Below are positions 23,750 through 34,172 of a DNA stretch of 64,000 nucleotides, piece by piece. Both the position numbers and the translations under genes were made by a program. This DNA is from Myxococcales bacterium. Its GTDB lineage: Bacteria; Myxococcota_A; UBA9042; JABWCM01; BTVJ01. Location: contig BTVJ01000004.1 of NCBI GenBank assembly GCA_045863395.1, forward strand, positions 1 to 64,000, read 5' to 3'. Position 1 is the stretch's first letter; the number at the start of each line of letters is the position of its first letter. Below the pieces are notes generated by a model that ran no database searches, was not told the DNA's origin, and was given only the letters and a program-made list of their open reading frames with translations.

Positions 23750-25036
23750 ATGGACCGTATCACCCGACTGCGAATCAAGAACGTCCGGGCCATCGAGTCT
23801 GCCGAGGTAGAGCTGGGCCACCCGCTGACCGCGTTGATCGGCGAGAACGGCGCGGGGAAGAGCACCGTGCTCGAGTGCCTCGAGCTCCTGCGCAAGGCCG
23901 CTGAGCCCACCTTCATGGGCCAGCTCCACGCCGTCCACAGAGGGATGCCGGGGCTGCTGCGCGTGGGCGCGCCGGGGATGGAGCTGGGCATTGACATCAG
24001 CGACGACGAGGGGAACGAGCCGCCGCTGCGATACTCCATCGGCCTCGTCCCGCAAGGAGCCGGTACGGTGGTCCACAGCGAGCGCCTGGCGGTGGGACCT
24101 GTCGGGACGGCTGCACGGCCCTTGATGGCTCTTCAGCGGTCGCTGGTGCGCGCCGAGATGTTCGACCAGTCCCGCGGTAAGCTCGTGGACGTCCCTGCTC
24201 AGGTGGCCCGACCGGACCAGCTCGTCATCGGGAGCTTCGGGAGCCTCCCACCCCAGCGCGCCATCGAGCGGCTTCTGGCAGTGCTGCGGGCAATCGAGGT
24301 GCACCTGCCGTGGGACACGATGCCCATGTGGGCTGTACGGACCTACCAGTTCAGCCAGACCGCCCGGACGAGCACGTTCCTGCAGCCCGCCGACAGGCTC
24401 TCCCTGCTCGGGTTCAATCTGCCCAACGCCTGGAATGAGCTGAAGAACCGGGATTCCGAGAGCTGGGACCACACCATGGGCCTCGTCCGGCTCGGGATCG
24501 GCGACTGGGTGGACAACGTCGTGCTGCTGACAGACGCAGGGGGCGGAAACGTGTCTCTGGCGGTGACGGTCCGCAACCCGAGCGGCGGCGACATCCCTTG
24601 GAATGGGACCCGGAGTGGCACCATTGCCGCCGCCAACCTTTCGGACGGACAGCTCGCCTGGCTCGGCTTCGTCGCACTGACGCAGCTCAACCCGTCACGC
24701 TCCCTGCTGGCACTGGACGAGCCGGAGTCGCACCTGCACCCGTCGCTGCTCGGCCGGCTATTCTCCCTGCTCGCCAACCTCCCGGGGGGGGCTCCGGTGA
24801 TCGTCAGCACGCACTCCGACCGGGTCCTCGAGCTTCTCGGCGACCCGGCCGACGCCCTGCGCGTCTGCTGTCTGGAGACAGGCCGCGCCACCATCTCCCG
24901 CATGGACCGCGAGGAGCTTGCCCGATGGCTCGATGAGTTCGGCGACGTCGGTCAGATTCGCGCCAGCGGCTATCTCCACAGGGTGGTGGCGCCACCGGCG
25001 GAGCCAGAGACGGAGTCTGGGGAGGGCGAGTCGTGA
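23750..25036 (+). CDS. ABC/SMC-type ATPase (AAA_21 / OLD-AbiEii-like)
   Basis: RITRLRIKNVRAI, Walker A GENGAGKS, signature LSDGQ, Walker B LLALDEPE, H-loop VSTHS. Confidence 0.9.
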   Translation: MDRITRLRIKNVRAIESAEVELGHPLTALIGENGAGKSTVLECLELLRKAAEPTFMGQLHAVHRGMPGLLRVGAPGMELGIDISDDEGNEPPLRYSIGLVPQGAGTVVHSERLAVGPVGTAARPLMALQRSLVRAEMFDQSRGKLVDVPAQVARPDQLVIGSFGSLPPQRAIERLLAVLRAIEVHLPWDTMPMWAVRTYQFSQTARTSTFLQPADRLSLLGFNLPNAWNELKNRDSESWDHTMGLVRLGIGDWVDNVVLLTDAGGGNVSLAVTVRNPSGGDIPWNGTRSGTIAAANLSDGQLAWLGFVALTQLNPSRSLLALDEPESHLHPSLLGRLFSLLANLPGGAPVIVSTHSDRVLELLGDPADALRVCCLETGRATISRMDREELARWLDEFGDVGQIRASGYLHRVVAPPAEPETESGEGES

Positions 25037-25581
25037 GCCTCGTCGCGACGGTCCTCTATGAGGACCAGATGCAGCCGGGGAGCGAGGGCGCGTTCCCGGC
25101 GCACGATCTGCTGCTGGCCATGGTGGGCGACGACATGGGCATGGCGGTGTGGGAGCTTCGCAAGCGCATCAGGGGAAACCCGCGCAAGGGCATCGACAAG
25201 CTCATCGCCGACGTGGCCCGCACCCAGCTTCTGGCCGGTCCGGGTCTGCTCTGCCTCGTGGTGGACAAGGACCGGATCGCCCCGCACCTCGGACTGCCCC
25301 ACAACGCCTCCGAGGTTCAGGTCACGGCCGAAATCGCGAAGAGGAGCAACGCGCCGAGCAAGCTGCGCGTACACTTCCTGGTCCCGAACATGGAGGGGCT
25401 CCTGCGCTCCATCGCGGACTATGACGGGGGCACGAGGGCACCGCACGGGAAGAACCACAACGAGCGGGATCTGTTCCTGAAGAAGGCCGCCTTCGCGCCG
25501 CAGCGCGCCCTTCGAGATTGCGTGCGAGAGAAGCAGCCGAGCCTGGAGAAGCTGGCAGGCATCCTGGCCGGGAGCGTTTGA
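25033..25581 (+). CDS. TOPRIM-like (DUF4276/RloB-type) partner protein of the ATPase
   Basis: GTGA overlap with the ATPase; VLYED, LVVDKD (DxD) and FLVPNMEGLL acidic motifs in TOPRIM-like order. Confidence 0.6.
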   Translation: MSLVATVLYEDQMQPGSEGAFPAHDLLLAMVGDDMGMAVWELRKRIRGNPRKGIDKLIADVARTQLLAGPGLLCLVVDKDRIAPHLGLPHNASEVQVTAEIAKRSNAPSKLRVHFLVPNMEGLLRSIADYDGGTRAPHGKNHNERDLFLKKAAFAPQRALRDCVREKQPSLEKLAGILAGSV

Positions 25582-25584
25582 GAG

Positions 25585-25612
25585 CAACGACCCGCTATCT
25601 GACCGGATGGGA
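25585..25612. repeat. Solo copy of the left end of the 25748-25853 element
   Basis: 25587-25612 matches 25748-25773 at 25/26 nt; 25585-25599 is the exact reverse complement of 25841-25855. Confidence 0.85.
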
Positions 25613-25671
25613 CTCGGCCCCCGTGCCCATGTCCCGTGCTCGCTTCCGCGTTGCGTGCCCACGTCCGGAGG

Positions 25672-25746
25672 TCACCTGCCAGGCTTCGTCAGCATGGCCA
25701 CGAGCCGCACGAGTAGTTCCTTCGCCCGAGCGTGCTTCTCGAGTTG
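25672..25746 (-). pseudogene. C-terminal remnant of a four-helix-bundle (23S-IVP-like) protein gene
   Basis: Reads QLEKHARAKELLVRLVAMLTKPGR*, resembling the family's ...KELLVRIVAMLTK end; the upstream frame is closed by a stop inside the adjacent element. Confidence 0.55.
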
Positions 25747-25747
25747 G

Positions 25748-25853
25748 ACGACCCGCTATCCGACCGGATGGGATCCAGCGCCCGTGCCCGTGCCAGTGCC
25801 CGTACGCGACACGGGCACGGCTCCGGGCCCCGTCCGGGCGGATAGCGGGTCGT
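25748..25853. mobile_element. 106-bp MITE/REP-like element with 15-bp perfect terminal inverted repeats
   Basis: acgacccgctatccg (25748-25762) / cggatagcgggtcgt (25839-25853), internal GTGCCC-type repeats, no ORF. Confidence 0.55.
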
Positions 25854-26017
25854 TGAAGTAGAAGGCTCCCTGCGACGGGTCCAGGCTCGCCGCGGCCGGC
25901 AGGGCGATGATCGGGCCGCATCCGAAGCAACTGAACGAAGGCTTGGTGCGGAGGTGACGGCGTGGACATGCGATGAGGGCACCGTCGATGCCCCCTTGCA
26001 GCAAGCTCGCGCCCGTG

Positions 26018-26290
26018 GACGCGGAGCCTCAGCGTTCGGGACGTGGACCCTCCGTGTCTCGGACCCGAGACTTCAGCACTCGTGAGGCAGAGGATCCACG
26101 TCCGCGACCCGCCGGCTTCGGCGTTCGTGAGGGAGGTGGCCCGCGTCCGGGACCCGGAGGCCAGCCGTCCGTGAGGCGGAGGGTCCGGGCCTGCGACCCG
26201 CTGGGCTCGCTGTCCGTGAGGCGGAGGGTCCACGTCCGCGACCCGGAGCGTCGGCGGTCGTTATACGGACGGTCCACGTCCGCGAGGCCA
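26018..26290. repeat. Non-coding 44/45-bp tandem array (6-7 units)
   Basis: Units start at 26037, 26081, 26126, 26170, 26215 and 26259; GACCCG sits at unit positions 26-31 in five units. Confidence 0.85.
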
Positions 26291-26342
26291 CTGCAGCGCG
26301 TCAGTGGCCCACTCCGGCGAGCCGAAGGCACGGTGTGGAGAC

Positions 26343-26813
26343 CTACGCCTCCGCGGGCTTGCGCGACGGCCGGTCGAGATGCTCGATCAGGGGAGCCATC
26401 TGGCCCTCGAGCCCCGGCGCGTTGGACTTCACCACCTGGGCGATGCCGTAGAGCTTGAGCGCCCCGCGGTAGGCGTCGGAGCCACCGGCGGCGATCAGAT
26501 CCTCGACGACCTGGAGGAGCCCCACGAGCGAGTCACGAACGGGGAGCAGACTCGCAGCCAGGTCGGCGTCGCGAACGACCTCGGCCGGGTCGGCCACGGC
26601 GACGGGAAAGAGCGCCGCGTGCTGCTGGGCGGCCAGGGCCATGGAGCGACTCGCGTTGAGCCCCTTGGCGCCGGGAAACACGAGACTGCTCCGCGTCTCC
26701 TTCGAGAGAGGGACCATCTCCGGGAGCTTCGCCTTCCACTGCTGGACCGTGGCGTGAATCTCCTCGACAAACTCTGCACTCACCGCGCCGCTGACCAGAT
26801 TGTACTTGTCCAT
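26343..26813 (-). CDS. Conserved-looking hypothetical alpha-helical protein (156 aa)
   Basis: GGGGAG RBS; NLVSG...LPEMVPLSKETR...GSDAYRGALKLY...PGL pattern resembles a widespread uncharacterised family (from memory). Confidence 0.8.
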   Translation of the reverse strand: MDKYNLVSGAVSAEFVEEIHATVQQWKAKLPEMVPLSKETRSSLVFPGAKGLNASRSMALAAQQHAALFPVAVADPAEVVRDADLAASLLPVRDSLVGLLQVVEDLIAAGGSDAYRGALKLYGIAQVVKSNAPGLEGQMAPLIEHLDRPSRKPAEA

Positions 26814-26887
26814 GAATCCGCTCCCCGTGCAAGGCAGACGACGGCGGCCGCAACCGCGTCCCGTCTCCGTCTGGAATTCGTGGGCCG

Positions 26888-26916
26888 ACGGTAGCCCACT
26901 CCGAGAGTCAGGTCAA
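26888..26916 (-). promoter_or_regulatory. Putative sigma70-type promoter of the 156-aa gene
   Basis: TTGACC-17 nt-TACCGT on the minus strand; the palindrome gtgggc-N8-gcccac overlaps the -10. Confidence 0.5.
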
Positions 26917-27129
26917 CCGCAATCTGCCGCGTCGGTACATGGTGGGGGCGCCGGGCGGTCCGTGGGGTGAACAGAGTCGGCCCTTGAATAGATGAGATGT
27001 GAGCAGGCTTGAGCCCCTTCCCCCGAGAGGCCCCCTGGCCCAGACCACTGGTCTTCCCACACAGCGGACGCGGGACGGCGAAGCGACGCCGCACCCTTGG
27101 CGTGAACTGCCTCGATTGGCGCCTCCGCG

Positions 27130-29991
27130 TCACGGCATGCGGATGCAGTCGTCGGTGAGCCAGCGCGCCGGGTCGCCGAGGTCCGGAGGGAGGCCGGGGC
27201 CCCTGACGGGGGCGCCGCTCCTCTCGTGCTCGGCGAGGAGCAGGTTCAGGTCGAGCAGGTGGCGGAGGGGGTCTGCCTTCGGGTCCATGCCGTAGGCGGC
27301 CATCACCGCGCGGTCGAGCGCCGCGTGGGCCTCCTTCAGCGGGTTCCTCCCCGCCTGCTCCGCGGTCCGGTACAGCTCGCGCAGGCCCCAGCCGTGCGCC
27401 TGCTGGAGCCTCGCGCGGACCGCGCGCAGGGCCCGCGCCGCGTCCGCGACGGCGTCGACCTGCCGCGCCGTCGGAGACTGGGGCCACGGGAAGGAGTCGA
27501 AGACCGTGTTGGAGGTGTAGCGCGGGTCGCCCTTCAGGGTCGAGCACCGGACCGTGAACCACGCCCAGTGGAGCGAGGACTGGAGGACGCCGAAGGACCA
27601 GTCGTCGGCGAGGGGGAAGACCTGGACGGCGTCGTTCGGTCGGATCGACGAGGCGACGAACGCGAAGATCGGCCGCTTCGTGACGCGGCCGCATGCAACG
27701 TACCGCGGGACTGTCTCGAGCTTCGCCTTCAGCTCGGCCCGCGGCCACGAGATCTGCCACCAGCGGCTCAGGAAGCGGGCGTGGTGCCGATTCACCTTGG
27801 CGGTCGGGCTCTCGGCGAGCGCGGCGCGGTTCTTCCGCTCCTCGTCTGCGGCGGCCTGCTCCCTCGTGGGCAGCACGAGCTCCCGCACCGTCCGGAAGAC
27901 CGGCCCGAACGCCTGCGCCTCGAAGAGGTCGCGCGGGTGGAGGTCGATCACGTAGCGGCTCGGGAGGCCCCGCGCGTCGGTGAGCAGCTCGTCGGCCGTG
28001 AGGAACGGCCGCAGCACCGCCCGAAGCGCCGGCGTCGCCCGCAGCAGCTCCTCGGCCTCCGCCCGCGGCACGAGGAACCCCTCGTGCCCGTGCGTCTGCC
28101 CCTGGTAGCACGTCCCCGACCCGGCGTTCGCCCGCAGCGCGACGGCCGCCGTCACGTCGAGGTCCGCCGACAGCGACGCGGGGATCGCGTCCACCTCGCG
28201 GACCTCCCACGAGCCGTCCTCCCGCTGCCACCCGAGCTTGAAGGGCCCCGCCGCCGGGCCCTTGACCCAGTTGACGATCGACACGTGGACGGCGGCCTCC
28301 CCCGACCAGTCCTGGGTCGCCACCGCGTCCACGATGGTGCCGCCGGTGGCGACGACGTGGTCGAGGCCGCCCTCCCGGGAGTAGTTCTGGCGGATCGTGT
28401 TCGTGCCGACCATGCCGGCGCGCCCCCCCTCCGCGAGGTGGTCGTGGGCCCTCCGGAGGAAGTAGACGCAGTAGTCGGCGCGGCCCGGCACATCCGGGAA
28501 GGCGGCCCGGAGCGCGTCGAGGGCGGGCCGGCCGAGCTCCTTCTGCATCTTGTTCTTCGACTGGAACGGGGGGTTGCCGATGATCGCGTCCGCCCGGGGC
28601 CACGGCGTGTGCAGTGCGTCCGCCAGGCGGATGTTCCCGTCCAGGTTGTCGAGCGGCAGGGCCGGGTCCAGGTCGAAGGGGAGCTGGCCGTCCTTGCGCA
28701 GGAGCGTGGTCTTCGTCTCGATGAGCGCGAGCTCCTTCGCGAGCAGCAGCGTCACCTTCGCGAGCTCCACGGCGAAGGGGAGCACGTCGAAGCCGTGGAG
28801 CTGCGTGACCTTGACGCCAGAGAAGAAGTCGACGCGCTGGGACGGGAAGCGCTCCCGGATCCGCTCGATGATCACCAGCTCGATCCGCTTGAGCTCCCGG
28901 TAGGCGATGTAGAGGAAGTTGCCGCTCCCGCAGGCCGGGTCGAGCACCTGGTACGCGACCAGCTCCTTGCGCAGCGCCAGGAGCTCCTTCAGGGTGGCGG
29001 CCCCGTCGACCCGCGCCATCCAGGGGCGGACGATCGTCGGCATCACGACCCGCTGGATGTCCGCCTCGCTCGTGTAGTGCGCGCCGCGCCGGTGCCGCTC
29101 GTCGCGGTCCAGGCTCGCCTGGTAGATGCTCCCGAAGATCGCCGGCTCGATGCGGCTCCAGTCCTGCTTCGAGGCCCGGGCGAGGTGCCCGAGCTCTGCG
29201 GCCGCCAGCTCGATGGGGTCCACGGACGCGAAGAGCCCGCCGTTGAAGTACGGCACCTTCACGTAGCGCCCGCCGCGGGCCGGCGCCGGGTCGTTCATCT
29301 GCCGGAAGAGGCTGCCGAGCAGGTCGTACGAGCTGTGCCCGCCGCCGCAGTCCTGGACGAGGCGGCTGAACAGCCCCTCGGGCAGCAGGCCCACGTCCTC
29401 GGCGAACAGCGCCACGACGCACTGGAGCACGAACCGCTGCGCACGCCCGGCGTCCTCGCCCCGCGCGACGAGGGCCGTGAACAGGTCCGCCATCCCGCGG
29501 GCAGCGGCGTCCGTGACCTCCACGCGATTGTTCGAGAACAGGGGCGTCGCCGGGGTCGGGAGCATGAAGCTCAGGGCGGAGACGCGGCGGGCGATGTCGG
29601 GGATCCGGACGCGGTCCAGGGGCTCCCGCACCTGGAGGTCGAAGTCGTAGATCCACACCTCGTCGAAGTTGCAGAGCAGGACGTAGCGCGGCCGGTGCGG
29701 CACGAGCTCCACCCAGTAGTCGAAGGCCTGCTGCCAGTGGCGGTCGAGCGCCTCGCCCCGCTTCTTCATCTCGACGAGGACGCGCCGGGCGGGCCACACG
29801 AGGTCAGCGAACCTGGTCTTTCCCCCCTGCCGCACGCGTCCCTCGAGCTCCGCGCCGGCCTCCTTGTACCCGGGCCACCCGAGCCCCTGGAACAGGCGGT
29901 CGAGGAAGACCTGGGCCTCGCCCTTCTCGTCGCCCCTCAGGCGCCCGCAGTACTCGACGAAGGCGTCGAGGCTCCGGCCGAGCTCCTCCAT
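27130..29991 (-). CDS. MmeI-like type IIL/IIG fused restriction endonuclease - N6-adenine methyltransferase
   Basis: FADLVW...LVEMK nuclease motif, GAHYTS, LDPACGSGNF (motif I), IIGNPPF (motif IV), C-terminal RYTSNTVFDSFPWP and AHAALDRAVMAAYG; GGGAGG RBS before ATG 29991. Confidence 0.9.
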   Translation of the reverse strand: MEELGRSLDAFVEYCGRLRGDEKGEAQVFLDRLFQGLGWPGYKEAGAELEGRVRQGGKTRFADLVWPARRVLVEMKKRGEALDRHWQQAFDYWVELVPHRPRYVLLCNFDEVWIYDFDLQVREPLDRVRIPDIARRVSALSFMLPTPATPLFSNNRVEVTDAAARGMADLFTALVARGEDAGRAQRFVLQCVVALFAEDVGLLPEGLFSRLVQDCGGGHSSYDLLGSLFRQMNDPAPARGGRYVKVPYFNGGLFASVDPIELAAAELGHLARASKQDWSRIEPAIFGSIYQASLDRDERHRRGAHYTSEADIQRVVMPTIVRPWMARVDGAATLKELLALRKELVAYQVLDPACGSGNFLYIAYRELKRIELVIIERIRERFPSQRVDFFSGVKVTQLHGFDVLPFAVELAKVTLLLAKELALIETKTTLLRKDGQLPFDLDPALPLDNLDGNIRLADALHTPWPRADAIIGNPPFQSKNKMQKELGRPALDALRAAFPDVPGRADYCVYFLRRAHDHLAEGGRAGMVGTNTIRQNYSREGGLDHVVATGGTIVDAVATQDWSGEAAVHVSIVNWVKGPAAGPFKLGWQREDGSWEVREVDAIPASLSADLDVTAAVALRANAGSGTCYQGQTHGHEGFLVPRAEAEELLRATPALRAVLRPFLTADELLTDARGLPSRYVIDLHPRDLFEAQAFGPVFRTVRELVLPTREQAAADEERKNRAALAESPTAKVNRHHARFLSRWWQISWPRAELKAKLETVPRYVACGRVTKRPIFAFVASSIRPNDAVQVFPLADDWSFGVLQSSLHWAWFTVRCSTLKGDPRYTSNTVFDSFPWPQSPTARQVDAVADAARALRAVRARLQQAHGWGLRELYRTAEQAGRNPLKEAHAALDRAVMAAYGMDPKADPLRHLLDLNLLLAEHERSGAPVRGPGLPPDLGDPARWLTDDCIRMP

Positions 29992-30344
29992 GTTCGCGTC
30001 CTCCCTCGTGGTCGTCGGTTCTCGCGCCGCCCCGCCGGCGGCACCGCCGAGCATCGGCGACATACGGGCGTCGGTCAACCCCGAGCCGGCACCGGCACGG
30101 GGGGGGGCCGCGGGGCGGCGGATCGACCGCCGTAGAGCGCCTGCCGCAGGTCGTCCGCCGCGGGCTCCTCGACGCCGACTCCGGAGACGAGGCACCGCCT
30201 GACGCGCAGCTCCTGCTGCAGTGCGGCGCCGCGGGACGGGAGCACGTGACGCGAATGGTGCAGCGCGACCGGCCGGGCACGGAACGTGGCCAGGCCGGCG
30301 TCCGCGACCCGCTCAGGCGCGCCCCCTGGCTGCGCGGCGCCCTT

Positions 30345-30431
30345 GCGGCGGCTCCCCACCCCGAAGCGCTTTTTCAGGGTCTGCTTGCACAGCTCGTCCA
30401 GGGCGAGGGCGATCAGGGCCGCGAGATCGCC
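30345..30431 (-). pseudogene. Internal remnant resembling myxobacterial HNH-endonuclease-associated proteins
   Basis: GDLAALIALALDELCKQTLKKRFGVG; no start, in-frame stop at 30471-30473 upstream. Confidence 0.4.
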
Positions 30432-30457
30432 GGCCGCGCCCGCCCGTCCCCGGGGCC

Positions 30458-30793
30458 TGCATCGCGCCGGTCACGCCCATCGAGAAGACCCTCGCCGCCA
30501 TCGTCGACGCGGTGGTCTCGGAGTCGCACGGCGCCATCCTGGGCTGCCTCGACTGCCACGCCTTCGGGGGCCCCGCGGCCGCCCTGCACACGGCCCACGT
30601 CGCCGTCATCGCCGATCACATGGAGGACAACGACGTGGACATGGCCGCCATGGGGGCGGGCCCGTGCGGCTATTGCCACACGGAGCTCGAGCCCTCGCCA
30701 CGGTCAAGCGCCGCCTGCTACAACTGCCACCTGAGCGGCCACCAGCCGATGAACGCGAAGGGACAGGCCCACTTCTGGCCGACCGGGCCCTGA
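30458..30793 (+). pseudogene. C-terminal fragment of a multiheme c-type cytochrome (3 CxxCH)
   Basis: CLDCH, CGYCH, CYNCH; no signal peptide or credible start upstream. Confidence 0.65.
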
Positions 30794-30999
30794 CTGCGGG
30801 GGTGCGGGCTCGGGTCCGTCCCGCTCGTGGGAGCCCCTCCGAGTCGCGTCGAGGCGGACTCCTGCCTGCGTCTACGTCAGACAGCACGCGGTAGGCGGTG
30901 CAAGGGGCGCCGGCAACCACCGGGTCAGCAGCAGGTTGCGGCCCCCCCCTCTTGGCCGCCATCGGATGGCTCGGTGGGTGCTGGTGGGCCCTGCGCGCC

Positions 31000-32808
<1,809 letters not shown>

Positions 32809-32999
32809 GGCGCTCCCTCGTTTCGGCGCGTCGTCGCGCGCGTCGGATGTGGTCAGGGTCAAGCTCGACGCGACGATTGCTACCCCACAAGTGGAAATCG
32901 GGCAAGCGCAATCGACCGGGCGGCCCCTCCGCGGCGTCAATCCGCGCGTCCCCCCAAAGGAGCGGGCTCCCTCCCGTGGGTTGTGGTAAACCGGAGGGC

Positions 33000-34022
33000 A
33001 TGGACACCACCGACCTGTTCCTGGCGCTGACGCCCGAGAGGATCCTCGACGCCGTCGAGGCCGCCGGGCTGCGCTGCAGCCCCGTGGCCTTCCCGCTCAA
33101 CTCCTACGAGAACCGGGTCTACGACGTCCAGCTCGAGGACCGGACGCACATCGTCGCCAAGTTCTACCGGCCCAAGCGGTGGAGCGAGGCGCAGATCCGC
33201 GAGGAGCACCGGTTCCTCGCCGAGCTCCACGAGGCCGAGGTGCCGGTGTGCGCCGCGCGCTCCTTCCCGGGTGGAGACACGCTGCGGTGCATCGACGGCA
33301 TCTGGTACGCCATCTACGACCGCCAAGGGGGGCGGGCGCCGGAGGAGGTGGACGAGGAGCTCGCGGAGCGCCTCGGGATGCTCGTCGCGCGCATCCACGC
33401 CGTGGGTGCGGCCGGAGAGGCGCCTTCGCGGGCGACGATGGGCGCCGACGTGTGGATCCGCGACTCGCTGCGCCTCTTGAGAGGTCTCGTTCCCCCCGCG
33501 ATGTGGGGACGATACGAGGCAGCCGCCTCGGCGCTCGCGGCCATGGCCGACGACCGGCTGCGGGGCGTCGCCATGCACCGGGTCCACGGCGACTTCCACC
33601 TGGGCAACCTGCTGCTGCGGGGCGGTGTGCTGCACGTGCTCGACTTCGACGACCTGGTGACGGGGCCCGCCGCCCAGGACCTGTGGATGGCGCTGTCCGG
33701 CGCGGGCACCTACGTGGTCGAGGCGTTCATCGAGGGCTACGAGCGGTTCCGGGCCTTCGACCGGCGGCAGCTCGCGCTCTTCACGCCGCTGCGGGCCATG
33801 CGCCGCGTGTCCTATGCCGCGTGGCTGGCCCGGCGGTGGCACGACCCCATCTTCCCCGCGACCTGGCCCCACTTCGGCACCCAGGCCTACTGGGAGGCGG
33901 AGACCGCCGACCTGGAGGACCTGCTCCGGGAGGAGGACGCACCGAGCGCGGCCGCGGTTGCGGTCCCAGAGGAGCTCACCAACGCGGACCTCTTCTGGGA
34001 CTGGGAGGAACCGAAGGGCTGA
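33000..34022 (+). CDS. srkA: Stress-response Ser/Thr kinase SrkA/RdoA/YihE
   Basis: LNSYENRVY, KFYRPKRWS, HGDFHLGNLL, LDFDD, WLARRWHDPIFP. Confidence 0.9.
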   Translation: MDTTDLFLALTPERILDAVEAAGLRCSPVAFPLNSYENRVYDVQLEDRTHIVAKFYRPKRWSEAQIREEHRFLAELHEAEVPVCAARSFPGGDTLRCIDGIWYAIYDRQGGRAPEEVDEELAERLGMLVARIHAVGAAGEAPSRATMGADVWIRDSLRLLRGLVPPAMWGRYEAAASALAAMADDRLRGVAMHRVHGDFHLGNLLLRGGVLHVLDFDDLVTGPAAQDLWMALSGAGTYVVEAFIEGYERFRAFDRRQLALFTPLRAMRRVSYAAWLARRWHDPIFPATWPHFGTQAYWEAETADLEDLLREEDAPSAAAVAVPEELTNADLFWDWEEPKG

Positions 34023-34172
34023 CCCCTGCGGGCGCCCCGTGGGAGGAGACCGACATTTTCCCGTTGCCGCACGTGGGGGTTGCGGTCCTGATCCGCCGGC
34101 TCGGGTGCGCCCGGGTTGCCCTGGGGCCGGAGCCGGGATAGACGCAGCTCAGGTCCCTCCGCAGGAGCGCCC

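Noticed and set aside
25756..26004. 82-aa minus-strand ORF and other short ORFs across 25.6-26.3 kb
   Set aside because: They run through the inverted-repeat element and array, lack an RBS, and have no recognisable motifs.
26018..26290. CRISPR array
   Set aside because: Repeats are degenerate, variable parts are only 13-14 nt, and there are no cas genes or AT-rich leader. Kept as an unexplained array.
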